Shown: positions 29,529-43,618 of the stretch, piece by piece
Position numbering within the stretch: the stretch's first letter is position 1
How the letters are laid out: every line of letters begins with the position of its first letter
Assembly: GCA_951406725.2 (NCBI GenBank)
Contig: OX597818.1
Span: 88,970,001 to 89,034,000, forward strand
Direction: 5' to 3'
DNA length: 64,000 bases
From: Octopus vulgaris
Taxonomy: Eukaryota
Translations under genes and position numbers: made by a program
Notes under the pieces: generated by a model
The model's database searches: none
What the model saw: only the letters and a program-made list of their open reading frames with translations
Told to the model about the DNA's origin: nothing

Positions 29529-30690
29529 ATGTGTATGTGTGTGTGCGTGTGCGTGTGTGTGTGTGCATGCGTATACGTATTTGTGTAAGTTGGTAAAAGG
29601 TTTTTGAGAGAAAGAGGAACATTTTAGGATAGTCAAGGCTGGAACAATCTTTGCACGATCTGGGTTGAAATTGTTCTGGGCAACAATACTAGCAACAAAA
29701 ACGAAAAAAATTAGTGTTGTATAGGAAATCGAATCCATCGATTATGTACCTCTACTCCCCTCTAGACGTGTGGCATTTTCTTCTTGAATGTAAGAAGTCA
29801 ATGCACGAGTGATGTGTAAACTCTAAAGAAAATCAGATTACTAAGTGTAAGGTTAATCAGTGGCGTATTTTAATCGATTAATGAACGCAACCAACGCAAA
29901 CCTGATTGCTTACTGCGAGTGCATATGTATAAACACACACAAACACACGTATAAATATACATACATGCATACATACTTGCTCATGCATGCACACGAACAC
30001 AACATACGATACACAAAAAGTCATGCACACAGACACGCCTGTCCTGACTTTTCGATTTCTGTCAAAAAGCAATCCATATAGTCTGCCTCTTACTTCAGGT
30101 CAGCCAGCGGTTAAAATTTACATGAACTTCATGTGGCCTTTTTCCTCGGTGTTGTCTTTTTAATGTTGATTCTTCCTTTTTCTTTTACCTTCTTTTCCAG
30201 TTTCTTCTGGTCTTTTCTTTCCCATTTTTTTTACTATGCAAATATGGACGATATCCGAAAAGTTATAACTTAAGACTTTTTCTATTTCCCTGCGTGACAA
30301 ATCTATAGCATTGATTGTGAACTTATACATATATTAGTTAAAGGCACGATGATTAAAATAAGCGGTGTATATTTATAATTAACATGTTTCGGTATACTTA
30401 TACATGGAAAGATCTTCACTGTAATAATGGTCCCAGAAAGGAAACTTTCCATATACATTTTGTGTATGTAAATCACACAAATGATGATGAATAACGTCAT
30501 CGGACTGTAATGCAAGTATTTCTGAGTCGTTAGGCTTCATCAATTACAGACTGAATTCCTCCTTCATAGCCGACTAAAACCTATAGTTCTTATATCTAAA
30601 TAGCAAATAATAAATTATGCTGAAAGTTGCATATAAATCTACGCAGCTTTAATTTAATCATCTCGGCATAGTGTGCCTTTTATGAATTAA

Positions 30691-30717
30691 CTAGCGGGAC
30701 CCGTGAATGTTTCACGG
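30691..30717 (-). mobile_element. Helitron-like 3' terminus
   Basis: a|ctag followed 6 nt later by the hairpin ccgtgaa-tgt-ttcacgg, the same geometry as the ends at 43619 and 52852; the 5' end was not located. Confidence 0.5.
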
Positions 30718-30900
30718 AATTAATGATAAATTTATTGGGTTATTTCTGAAAATTTTATCCAAAATATTTTCATTTTATATACTTTATGCACAATATTATA
30801 GACTTAATACACAACAATATTATGTATATATACGTGTGTGTGTGTGTGTGTATACATACGTACGCACATACATAAATACATACATACATACATACATACA

Positions 30901-30974
<74 letters not shown>

Positions 30975-31201
30975 GTATAGTACCTCTGTTTTCGAATACC
31001 TTTGATCACGAATAAATCGTGTTATATATATATGTGTGTGCGTGCGTTTGTGTGTGTATGTGTGTGTGTATGCGTGTGTGTTGTGTGTGTCAGTGTCTGT
31101 GTATGTATGTATGTATGTATGTATGTATGTATGTATGTATGTATAAAGCACGGTTTATTCGTGATAAGAAGCATTCGTGAACCGAGGTACTACTGTAAAT
31201 A

Positions 31202-31247
<46 letters not shown>

Positions 31248-31687
31248 CAAGTGTTTGTGTGTGTATGTATACGACGTCTTAACACTCGGATCCGCACAGA
31301 GATCTGTGCGCGCATCAATATAAATGCTTGCATTCTCGCACACGATTACGCACACGTACACAAAAATTAAAAGCAGAAAAGCCATCATTTACAGAGATTT
31401 ATAATGAAGTATAAAACGAAGTAAATATTGTAACTACACTCTTACGACAAACAGCAATAATAACCAGAAATAAATAATATCAAAACAAACAACATAATTA
31501 AACAAAATAGAAATAAAAGAACAAAAAATAAAAGCTTAATAGAGACGGCAACAAAACTGTACAGGAATCTCTGATAAAAAAAATAATAATTCCTCCTACC
31601 ATCACCTTAGTGAAACCCTTAATTTAAGGCTCAATACAAACGCAACATTTAAATGGGGCTTACGGACATTCTATTTACATATAATCA

Positions 31688-31770
<83 letters not shown>

Positions 31771-31993
31771 ACGCGTGTGTGTGTGTATGTGTGCGTGTGT
31801 CCGTGTGTGTGCATATATGTATAAATTTATAATAAATATGCGATGGCGTGCATGCTTATGTATACGTTTTTATGTGCGAGTTCAGATATATATATAATGC
31901 ATATATGTAATTAATACATATGTATATGTAATAAATACATATATATGCATTGTATATCATATCTATGAGTGTATCAAGCTAATAACATAAACG

Positions 31994-32037
<44 letters not shown>

Positions 32038-32133
32038 ATGCATGTATATGTGAATATATATATGTATATGTATGCATCTATATATTCATAAGCGCACACA
32101 TATATATGTATATGTATGTATAAGTATATATGC

Positions 32134-32172
<39 letters not shown>

Positions 32173-32207
32173 CTTATACACACACACAGACACACAGACA
32201 CACACAA

Positions 32208-32298
<91 letters not shown>

Positions 32299-32662
32299 GT
32301 TTATGTATGTATTCATGTATGTATATGCATATATATGCTGAAGTAATTATGCATATGTATGTACGTAAATGCGGAGACAGACAGACATCGGATCGTGCGT
32401 AAGCGTGCCTTTTCTGCCGACGTACTTAGTCAGCTATGTGTATCAAAGTAATTGTTAAAATATTAGGTATTTTGTCGATGGTTTAGGAAAGCGTCGAGCG
32501 GAAATTATCGATTAGGGAGCGAAGTGTTGTGGAAAGGGGTTATTTGATAATGGGGGATTGGGGATGGAGCGTTAGTTTGCGGCAGCAGGATATGACTAGA
32601 CCCTCCCTTCTCTATATATACACATCCGTGTGTTTTTTTATGTCTAATGGTATATCACTATA

Positions 32663-32704
<42 letters not shown>

Positions 32705-32884
32705 TATATATATATACATATGTATGTATATATGTATGTATGTACACATGAAAATATATATGGAAATGTGCGTGTGCATGCACTGATTTGAGTAGTGGTA
32801 TATATATATTTATATATATATGTGTGTGTGTGTATGTATATGTGTATATATATATATACAGAGCGAAAGAGAGTGAGAGAGAGG

Positions 32885-32945
<61 letters not shown>

Positions 32946-33367
32946 GGACACATTAGAGAGTATTTTTTGCCAGTGTATATCAAAACTCTACGATGGGTTA
33001 GTGCAAAGATATATGCAAATCATTGCATGTATGTGCATTGATACATCAATATAATTACATGCATCAGAATTGATATTTGCATGTACTTGCACGAATGTGC
33101 ATACTTATTCGGATATAACTGCATGCGGATGTTATGCATATCACTCCTCTATGTGCAGAGATGCATACATATCGATGCATTTCCGCGTAGATATAAATAT
33201 ATATATATATATATATGTACTAAAATTGCATTTCTATGAGGCCTTTGTATATGTGACTGGGTGCTCTGATAAGTAAGAAATGAGAATATAGCTACTGTAT
33301 GTTTGTATGCACTCAATAAACAGGAACGCATAGTTACGGGTGAGTCTATGCATATATATACACGTAT

Positions 33368-33399
<32 letters not shown>

Positions 33400-33406
33400 T
33401 ATATCG

Positions 33407-33505
<99 letters not shown>

Positions 33506-33600
33506 TATCTATGTGTGTGTGTGTGTATAGGTATATATATACACACGTATATATACATCTATATATATCTATATCTATATATATATATATATATATATAT

Positions 33601-33756
33601 CAGGCGTAGCTTTGTAGTACGAACCTTGCTTCCCAATCAAATGATTCTAGCTTCAGTTCCATTGCGTAGCACCCTGGGCAATTGTCTTCTACTATAGCCT
33701 CGGGCCGACCAAAGCCTCGTGGGTGGATTTGGTGGATAGTAACTGAAAGAAGCCCA

Positions 33757-33829
<73 letters not shown>

Positions 33830-34042
33830 AGTGTATATTTGTGTGTCTGGTTTTATCTCCCACCATCGCTTGACAGTCAATGTTCGTGTGTTCATGTCCC
33901 CGTAAATTAGCGGTTCGGCAGAAGAGACCGATAGAATAAGTACTAGGGTTGCAAAGAATAAGTCCTGGAGTCGATTTGCTCGACTAAAGGCAGTGCTCCA
34001 GCATGGCCACAGTCAAATGACTGAAATAAGTGAAAGAATAAA
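33601..34042 (+). mobile_element. SINE family A (diverged head)
   Basis: caggcgtagc...ccctgggcaattgtcttctactatagcc...cagtcaaatgactgaaataagtgaaagaataaa. Confidence 0.88.
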
Positions 34043-34097
34043 TATATATGTACATATATAAATATTTCCATTCACTTATATTTATATATATGTGTGG

Positions 34098-34165
<68 letters not shown>

Positions 34166-34639
34166 CCTATATTGGTAAAATGAGACATACTTATCTACAT
34201 GGCCGAAACATCTGTAAGATGTAATCTATACTTATATTTATATTTACTTATATGTATATTCTCTTTTTTATATATATTCTACTTATTATACAACATCACT
34301 CTTTTATGTACACTTTTTTATGTACATTCCTTTATGTACACTGATTTGTTCTGCATTTTTATGTTTAACCCTACAGTCTCTTATGTGGTGGTTTAATAAA
34401 GTATGTGATTGAGTATTATCTGGTAATCGATATTTGATTTAGATGTATTTCTCCATTTTCTTATCTTGTATTAGTAATTTGTTGCAAATCATTTTACTTT
34501 TGCCCATATAATACAGTAAATGAATTGATTGCATCGCAATCCTTAACATTTATGTATTAACTTGTTGGGTATTTCACTAGCAGTATATTGGATATATGTT
34601 ATCCCATGGAGGGTTGCATTTACAACCCCTATCTCAATT

Positions 34640-34741
<102 letters not shown>

Positions 34742-34817
34742 GATAGATAGATAGATAGATAGATCAGTATATATTTTATATGATATACAATAGTTATGCA
34801 TATATATATACATATAT

Positions 34818-34880
<63 letters not shown>

Positions 34881-34953
34881 TGATATATATGTATATATGT
34901 ATATATATATATACATATGTAATATTTATATATATATATGTGATACATATTTA

Positions 34954-35003
<50 letters not shown>

Positions 35004-35104
35004 GTGTGTGTGTGTGTGTGTATACACACACAGTCACATAGACACACATACACATACACAATTATCCATGTCTATCTACACATACAAACGCACATTTTTC
35101 GATC

Positions 35105-35398
35105 TTTCTTTTATTTGTTTCAGTCATTTTGACTGCGGCCATGCTGGAGCACAATATTTTGTTGAACAAATCGATCCAAGTACTTATTCTTTGTAACCCT
35201 AGTACTTATTCTATCGGTTACTTTTTCCGAGCCGCTAAGGTACGATGATAGCATAAACACACCAACATCTGTTGTGAAGCGTAGGTTGGTCCGAGGTTAT
35301 AGTACAAGGCACTAGCCCAAGGTGTCACGCAGAGGGACTGAACGCTGATCCATGCGGTTGGTATGCTAGCTACTTACCACACAGCCACTCCTGCGCCT
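35105..35398 (-). mobile_element. SINE family A, internally deleted
   Basis: Tail gtttcagtcattttgactgcggccatgctggagc and head cagccactcctgcgcct; the central part is missing. Confidence 0.85.
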
Positions 35399-35780
35399 GT
35401 ATATATATATGTGTGTGTGTGTGTGTGTAGATAGATAGATAGATTTGGATATGTACGTATATGTTTGTGTCCATGTGACTGTGTGTATATATATATATGT
35501 GTGTGTGTGTATTTATATGTATATATATATGTATATATTTATATATATATGGATGTATTATATATATATATGGACGTATTATATATACATATGAGTTCCT
35601 GTTTGTATTGCATATGTTTTTGTGTATGTGTGTGTGTGTGTGTGTGTGTTTGTGTATCAGTACATCTCTCACAGATGTTGATATTGGTAAGAATGAAATT
35701 CGAGAAAAAATAGTTTGTGGGGAGAGGTGAATGGAAGCATAGCCCTAGTAGTGGTAGCAGCAGCATCAGCATGGAAGCAT

Positions 35781-35858
<78 letters not shown>

Positions 35859-35883
35859 GGTGGTGGTGGTGGTGGTGGTAGTC

Positions 35884-35920
<37 letters not shown>

Positions 35921-36342
35921 GGGGTTGTGGTTGTGGTGGTAGTGGCGGCAGCGTGGTACTGGTGGTGAAAAGAAGAAGAAAAAGAAGAAAACGAAGAAGA
36001 AACTGAAAGGAAGTCTGCTGCTGTGGTGCGGGGACGGACGTGTGTTGGGCAGATGAATGGCGGAGGCAAGTCGAAAAGCACGCGGGGGCGTGTAAGGGAG
36101 GCTACGGCACGACCCTCTGCGATATGACGGGTTAGAGCACGTGCATCAGTTGTTTATGTGGAGTGGAGATGTGATGTGGCAGGGGGTGGGCAACTGAGGT
36201 GGGGAAGTGAATTATAGCAAAGGTGTGACTGGGTGACTGGGTGGTGTTGGAAGGTGGCAGGGGAAAGAACTGCTAGTTTGTGTATGGTTATCTATAAGGT
36301 GAGATATATGTGTATGTGTGTGTATGTGTGTGTATGTGTGTG

Positions 36343-36380
<38 letters not shown>

Positions 36381-36397
36381 CACACACACACACATAC

Positions 36398-36443
<46 letters not shown>

Positions 36444-36519
36444 GTATGTATGTGCCCGCGTGTGTGTGTATATGAATATATGGATGCATATATATATTCA
36501 TACAAACATATATACATAC

Positions 36520-36566
<47 letters not shown>

Positions 36567-36780
36567 CATGTATGTATATATGCGCTATGTAAATGTAAGT
36601 GTATTCATATTTATACATATACATATGTACACAGACGCACAAACAAGAGTACAAGCACACACACACACACATTTGCACGCACACAGATGCACACATACAT
36701 GTGTATATCACACACATGCACTCTGACAGTCACGCATACATGCATGAAGAAATTATCCTTGTCTAACTGTCTGTTTATCC

Positions 36781-36845
<65 letters not shown>

Positions 36846-37443
36846 CCTCTCTACCGATCCTTTATCTTTTATCTATGTATACGTATGCGCGTGTGTGTGT
36901 GTGTGTGTGTGTTTGTGTGCATATGCACGCGTGCGTACATATTTACGAGTGTAAGCAAATGAAAGAAAGTAGCACTCAACACATTTGGTTGCATTCACAT
37001 GCAATTTGTATGTTTTACTGAGCTCAGCGTTACTTAAAGTTTCGTGAAAACTCTGAAACTATCATAGAGCTGTGAGAAATTATTATTTATGCTCGTATGG
37101 ATATATACACGTATGTATATATACAAACATAGATACAACTTAAGAATGTGTATATATGTATGTATATGTGTGTGTGTGTGTGTGCGGGCGCGCGCGTGCT
37201 CACACATAATACCTTCGGAAACGCGGAGTAGATGAAACAGGGACAACTGATGAAGGGGAATATTCTGTATGTTGCATGTCTTGTTTCTCTGTTTTCTGGG
37301 TTTTTCGAAAAAAAAGTTCGTTTTCTGTTTTTTTTTTATGTTTTCGTTTCCTGTTATGTTCAACATATTTTTGATGTCCTGTACCCATATATGCATGTAT
37401 ATATACATATATATGTAGATATGTACATATATGTATGTATATA

Positions 37444-37528
<85 letters not shown>

Positions 37529-38354
37529 GAAACCGTTATAGATAGTGAGTACTACGAGGTTTGAAACGATGATCTGCATTTTTTCCTTGATAGACTCAGT
37601 AGATTCAAATGCAGAATATGCTAGTCATTGCTGTGTACGTCACAGGAAAACCAAATCCTCCTACTCAGGATGAACATGCATTTATTCTGGAATACCGGTG
37701 TTTCGTCATAATCATATCGTCAGCCAGAATACCCAGATGTTTTGAGTCGAAACAAGCTATGTTTTCAGCGAATAAACTGTTTAATAGTCAATGCTTATAT
37801 ATCTGCCAACCGATTAAAAATATATCTTTATGAGCATCTTGTAGAGCAAGATTTGATGCGGTTTATATTTTTATTTTTAATAACTTGTTTGTGGAAAGCG
37901 CTCTCAGGAGAAACCAGATCCATAATTTAAGGATGTTTAAAGTACTCGTTGAAGGTATATGAAATATGGAAGGTCAATTACGAAAGCATTGCTTGACATT
38001 ACTAGTAATGGAGGAAAGAAATAAAAGAAGAGGTGTGTATTTTCGAAAAGAACGCGCTTATTTTCTATGCAGAATTTAAGCAAGCTGCTCGAAGATACAC
38101 TGCTAGTGAAGTGAATGAGGGAAGTTTGGTCTGCATTATCCTCAGACATTTATGTCTATCAAGAGCTGAGTTTATTATTTACCAGCGGAGTCATAAGTGT
38201 AAAGTAGTCTGAGAGCACAATGTTCTTAATGGTCAGTGACGGACTTCCTTGTCACGAGTAGATTACTCTGTATGTATGTATGCATGTATGTATGTATGTA
38301 TGTATGTATGTATGTATGTATGTATGTATGTATGTATGTATGTATGTATGTATG

Positions 38355-38678
38355 TCATTATTCAGTTTACTTCAGGATTTCTTGCCAATGGAGAAAGAGC
38401 CTATTTCTAACCTAGATCCAAGGCTCCTTCATTGGAATTTCAACATCAACAACAGAGTATTTTTGTTTGTTTGTTTGTATGTATGTATGTATGTGCAGAT
38501 TTGTATGTTTTATGTATGTATTCTCATGCATATAGTTGCATATCTAGACATGCTCATATATATTTAAATGATAAACTTCTGGTAAGTTACAGACTTTTAC
38601 AGTTCCAGTGATGGATTGGATCTGTAGTCTTCGAATTAGCTTTCTCCATTTTTGTTTTAAGAAGCCTAATTTCTCAAT
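38355..38678 (-). mobile_element. 3' end of a probable REL-endonuclease (R2-superfamily-type) non-LTR element
   Basis: Minus-strand IEKLGFLKQKWRKLIRRLQIQSITGTVKVC then (frameshift) TYQKFII*, followed by a 3' UTR running into (CATA)n; a shorter second copy of the UTR lies at 38873-39065. Confidence 0.55.
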
Positions 38679-39204
38679 ATTTATATTTTGGCTCTTCTGT
38701 TGATCGAATCAAGTGGAACACACGCCGTCATAAATGACAGAGTGTTGTTTTTATTTTTGTAAGTAAGCCTACTCGTCTAGTCAGCGGGTTGGCGTCATTC
38801 GAAAGCTAAAACTATGCAAAGCCCATTGTGACTAGTGATGTACAACAGCATCGATACCTTGGTGTATGTATCTCATTATTCAGTTTTATTTCAAGGTTTC
38901 TTGCCAACAGAGAAAGAGCCGATTTCTAACCTAGATCGAGGACTCATTCATTGGAATTTCAACATCAACAGAGTACTTTTGTTTGTATGTATGTGTAGGT
39001 GCAGATTTATATGTTTTGTTTTGTGTATGTATTTTCATGCATATAGCTGCATGTCTAGACGATCGTGTGTGTAAGTAAATACATACATACATACATACAT
39101 ACATACATACACACATACATGCATACATACATACATACATACATACATACATACATACATACATACATACATACATACATACATACATACATACGTGCAT
39201 ATGA

Positions 39205-39395
39205 TACTGCTGCCCACAATGGTATCCGTACACAAGGCAAAGCACTATGAAGTCTGAAGCACACTTGGGATTGGCCATAAAAATATAAATGGCAAGACTG
39301 GCCTTTACTACTGGGATCGCCTCAAAGAACTCAAAATATTCTCTCCATCTCCCCTGTGAGCAGTAAATCGTTTATACAATATGGAAAATAATCCT
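39205..39395 (+). mobile_element. CR1/L2-like LINE RT C-terminal fragment
   Basis: PQWYPY...LYYWDRLKELKIFS...IVYTIWKII resembles the W.P...YWERLK.L.LYSL.RRR.RY.II..WKII region. Confidence 0.65.
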
Positions 39396-39724
39396 CAAAA
39401 CAAAAACAAAAACAAAACCATAGGGTAGCATGAATAGTAATCTGCAAGGAAAAGAACAGTAAGATTTATAAAAATTTTACTCATCAGTAACAAATTACAT
39501 GCATGGTAAACCTGCAAACAAGTTATAAATAATTAAACGTGATTTATAATTCGATTGTAAAGGAGGCAGATGTAATCTTCACAACTCAAGCTGTTATATC
39601 GTCCATACATGTATACATGTATATTACTTACTTGTCAGCCCACCATGGGCATCCCCGACAACAAATAGCATAAAGAAATGCACATACATTCAAACATATA
39701 TATGTATGTGTATGTGAGTATATA

Positions 39725-39789
<65 letters not shown>

Positions 39790-40085
39790 TAAAGACCCTG
39801 CTTTGGTTATGAATGACCAAGGGGTTGCACCAAGAAAGTTCCCCTCCAAGGCACAAGTCCGGGCAAGGTTGTTTATGGGAGACCAGCAATCACCCGTGCA
39901 TACCAGTCTTCCCGCTCCGTGCCACCAATGTTATCCAACTGAAGGGCAAAGGCTGATACAGATTGGGACCAGTAACGTCGTAACGCATTTTAAGAGCTGA
40001 GTGAACTGGAGTAACGTGAAATAAAGTGCCTTGTTCAAGGACACAACATACATCCCGGTGCGGGAATCGAACACACTACCTCTTG
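39790..40085 (-). mobile_element. tRNA/CORE-type SINE with a different 3' tail
   Basis: Minus strand gttcgattccc (B box)...gtgtccttgaacaaggcactttatttcacgttactccagttcactcagct, shared with family D at 60551; the 3' half differs. Confidence 0.7.
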
Positions 40086-40194
40086 ATTGTTTACCCGATT
40101 CACATACACACGCACGCATGCATGCATACACATGTATCCTCATAATTTTACATATGCCTACTTCTTCGGAGATTTCACGGAGTCAGACCATGAT

Positions 40195-40363
40195 ATTCCT
40201 TTCTACTCTAGGCACAAGGCCCGAAATATCGAGGGAGGCGGCCATTCAATTAGATCGACACCAGAACGCAACTGGTACTTAATTTATCGACCCCGAAAGG
40301 ATGAAAGGCAAAGTCGACCTCGGCGGAATTTGAACTCAGAACATAAAGACAGACGAAATACCG
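40195..40363 (-). mobile_element. SINE family B, 5'-truncated (tail 1)
   Basis: tctactctaggcacaaggcccgaaat...gacgaaataccgcta; flanked by the direct repeat agtcagaccatgatatt (~40181 and ~40366), a likely TSD. Confidence 0.88.
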
Positions 40364-41022
40364 CTAGTCAGACCATGATATTATTGGCTCACAGGCCGCA
40401 CTTTTACAATGTAATCGTTCCCTGGAACGATTAGAAGGCCATCCAGATTTGGGATCATCAACAGATGCTTATAATGGTATGAAAAACACGTGACATTGCG
40501 TCCCGATGGAACAAACAATCTTTCTCATGACCCTTTTGCAACATGAGAAATGCGATTATGTTTTCCTATTAGGAAACAAGAATTTTAACACAAAAGCGTT
40601 GCTCTTCCGAATCCTTTATTGTTCAACTGGTAACAAATTACCAAATGCACTAACTCTACGTTCACTATAGCACATATAGGTGGAGGAGAAATTGATGAGA
40701 AATTGATGCAGCGTATAATGTGACTGTTATTAGACAGAAGGTGACAACCATACGCAGTACTGTTGTCGCGAGCTCGCTGCATGAGCGGGTTGTCGCGCTG
40801 TTTTTGACGTAGTTTGATTCTGGTTTTGACATTCCTCATATATAGATGTTTGTATGGTTGATGTGTGTGTGTGTGTGTGTGTGTTTGAGTGTTTGTATAT
40901 GTGTTTGTGTGCATATATGTATGTATATATGTATATACGAATCTGCATGCTCATATATAAGTACGTATGTATACACACACAAACACACACACACGATCAT
41001 GGGTTCGCCTCCTGGAGCATTG

Positions 41023-41252
41023 CTGTTTCTTTATTGCCTACAAGGGGCTAAACACAGAGAGGGCAAACAATGACAGACAAATGGATTAAGTCGATTATAT
41101 CAACCCCAGTGCGTAACTGTTACTTAATTTATCGACCCCAAAAGGATGAAAGGCAAAGTCGACCTCGGCGGAATTTGAACTCAGAACGTAGCGGCAGACG
41201 AAATACCGCTATGCACTTCGCCCAGCGTGCTAACGATTCTACCAGCTCGCCT
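41023..41252 (-). mobile_element. SINE family B monomer (tail 2)
   Basis: gtttctttattgcctacaaggggctaaacac...taccagctcgcc. Confidence 0.88.
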
Positions 41253-42195
41253 TCCTGGGGCATTGTGTTCTCATTCAACGCACTTCGTTTCTCGTCGCTC
41301 CAGTTTACTCTACTGCAAATGAATACTAGCCTAGTGCTCATACATCTCTCCTATTAGCTGTTACATCTTCAATGTTTCTGTGTCAAACGTGAAATAGATA
41401 GGGCGGTGGGGAATATCTGCTCGCGACTACAAAGGCAGCTAAAGCAATTCGAGAAAGCATGGTACAAGCTAGCAAGTTGCACTCTCTTGCGAGTGACGGC
41501 TAACCATTTCTTTTTTCATATATTCTTACGTGTATGTATACATGCATGTACGCTTGCCTATGTATGCATTCAAACACTTATATATTACATACGTATTTAC
41601 GTTCAACAAAATATTTTGATTTATCCTCACCAATGAATTGCACTGCAAAACGTATTATGGGTTTTCTACATTATCAAACCTCCCGGGAAGTTTCTAGGAA
41701 TCCAGCAATCCTTTCCGAGAGTAAGCAATCATACAGGGAAGAGTTCGATTGATACACGAGATCCTTGAGCATAAAACATGCCCGAACTTTTTTTAAACAT
41801 TGTTTACATATCTCCCTTGCTTTGTGCATCATACATTTCCTTGTTGTTTCCTGTGACTAAATGGCAAAGGTATACGTTTTCAACAGGAATGTAACAATTG
41901 TTCAGCATGAGAACAACAAGCTTTTTTATCTGTAGTCACGTTATTCTAGAAATTTCGGATAAGAAGGAAATCAAATCAATGCCTTACTTCCTACTGATAT
42001 TATTTGGGGAACTAGTTTTCTCCCTCTCTTTTTATTAGTTTTTTTTTTTTCAGAACTTCCCACTTAGTTTAGCCCGCAACGTAGTTCAGAATGTACATTA
42101 ATGGAAAAATCAATTGGGAAATATTTCTTTCGATATCATTGTGTAACTTCTAAACTTGTATTCGTTCTGTATGTCTATTCGTTTTTTTTAAAATC

Positions 42196-42402
42196 TTTTA
42201 TTTGTTTTAGTCATTTGACTGCGGTCATGTTGGAGCACCGCCTTTAGTCGAGGAAATCGACCCCAGGACTTAGTCTTTGTAAGTCTAGTACTTATTCTGT
42301 TGGTCTCTTTTGCCGAACCGCTAGCTTACGGGGACGTAAACACACCAGCATCGGTTGTCAAGCGATGTTGGGGGGACAAACACAGATGCAAAAATATATA
42401 TA

Positions 42403-42437
<35 letters not shown>

Positions 42438-43139
42438 CGGGAAGCTTTATGAAAATAGACAAAAGACGAAGGCAGGTGGAAAACAAACAAACAATTGTAT
42501 TAGTATGGCGCTCAGGAAATATAAATAAAACAAGTCTTTAACGTTTCGAGCCTACGCTCTTCAACAGAAAGATACACAGAGAGAAAAAAAAACACAGAAA
42601 GAAAGGAGAGAAAAAAATGCGTGCAGTAACTAACGAATCAACATGGCGATCTGATTTCGGCCAGAGGTCAAAGATCAAACATGAGACGCGAGAGCAAAAA
42701 AGTGGTAATATATGAGAAAATAAAAATACAACAAACGGGACAGTTTATGCAAACAAGTTCAAGGTTGAAAGTTCAAGGTTAGAAATGTGTAGACGTCGTG
42801 GTATATTTTTTAAGAATTTCACATCAATAACAAAGTCACTTTGATCCGCGAAAGAGAGGTGCAGCCAATGGCAAGTATCCAAGAGGTAAAGAAAATCCAA
42901 GGTAGAGGTAAGTGTTGATAGTGGTATTGGTAGAATATAGGATGAAAGTGAGACCACGTGAGCGCATAATATATAACGGGAAGCTTTATGAAAATAGACA
43001 AAAGACGAAGGCAGGTGGAAAACAAACAAACAATTGTATTAGTATGGCGCTCAGGAAATATAAATAAAACAAGTCTTTAACGTTTCGAGCCTACGCTCTT
43101 CAACAGAAAGATACACAGAGAGAAAAAAAACACAGAAAG

Positions 43140-43189
<50 letters not shown>

Positions 43190-43343
43190 GCGACTGGCTT
43201 CTTTGAGTTTCCGTCTACCAAATCTACTCACAAGGCTTTGGTCGGCCCGAAGCTATAGTAGAAGACACTTAGCAGAGTTGCCACTGAACCTGGAACCATG
43301 TGATTGGGAAGCAAGTTTCTCACTACACAGCCACGCCTGCGCC
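42196..43343 (-). mobile_element. SINE family A split by the 42432-43142 element
   Basis: 3' half at 42196-42430, 5' half at ~43143-43343 (…cagccacgcctgcgcct). Confidence 0.9.
42432..43142 (-). mobile_element. Non-coding element with ~172-bp terminal direct repeats, each carrying a hammerhead-like motif (retrozyme / Penelope pLTR-like)
   Basis: Repeats 42432-42604 and 42971-43142 are identical except for one A in a run; period 539; inserted in (TA)n. Motif UCUUU-CUGUUGA-A-GAGC GUAG GCUC-GAAA-CG-UU^AAAGA at 42535-42572 and 43074-43111. Confidence 0.75.
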
Positions 43344-43353
43344 TATATATATG

Positions 43354-43417
<64 letters not shown>

Positions 43418-43618
43418 ACACAAGCTCACACACACTCGCACACCACACACAAAGGTAGATACGATTATGTGTATAGGTGTGCCAAAGTATATATTTGTAA
43501 TATTTTGTGTACAGTGTATGATGTAGCTGTTTCTTGTTAGAGTCATCTAAATGTTTGTATTTGTATGTGCGCCTGCCTTGAAAGCGATTCGTGTAAGGGT
43601 TTTGTTATTTAGACTTAA

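Noticed and set aside
29373-29738. ORF starting with signal-peptide-like MDSISYTTLIFFVFVASIVAQ
   Set aside because: It runs into microsatellite and a SINE, no clear donor was seen, and the opposite strand resembles the degenerate repeat tail at ~17485-17550 and ~19975-20015.
34162-34400. ggccgaaacatctgtaagatg as a hammerhead
   Set aside because: GAAA, stem III and a GUA site are present but the CUGANGA half is missing.
37211-37390. ctgatgaagggg and gaaac motifs as a hammerhead
   Set aside because: No GAAA follows a stem II and stems I/III cannot be built; at most a decayed pLTR fragment.
37560-38270. Unique block as a LINE endonuclease or host exon
   Set aside because: Only short ORFs and weak motif hints (LIVNAY, WKVN); no coherent reading frame.
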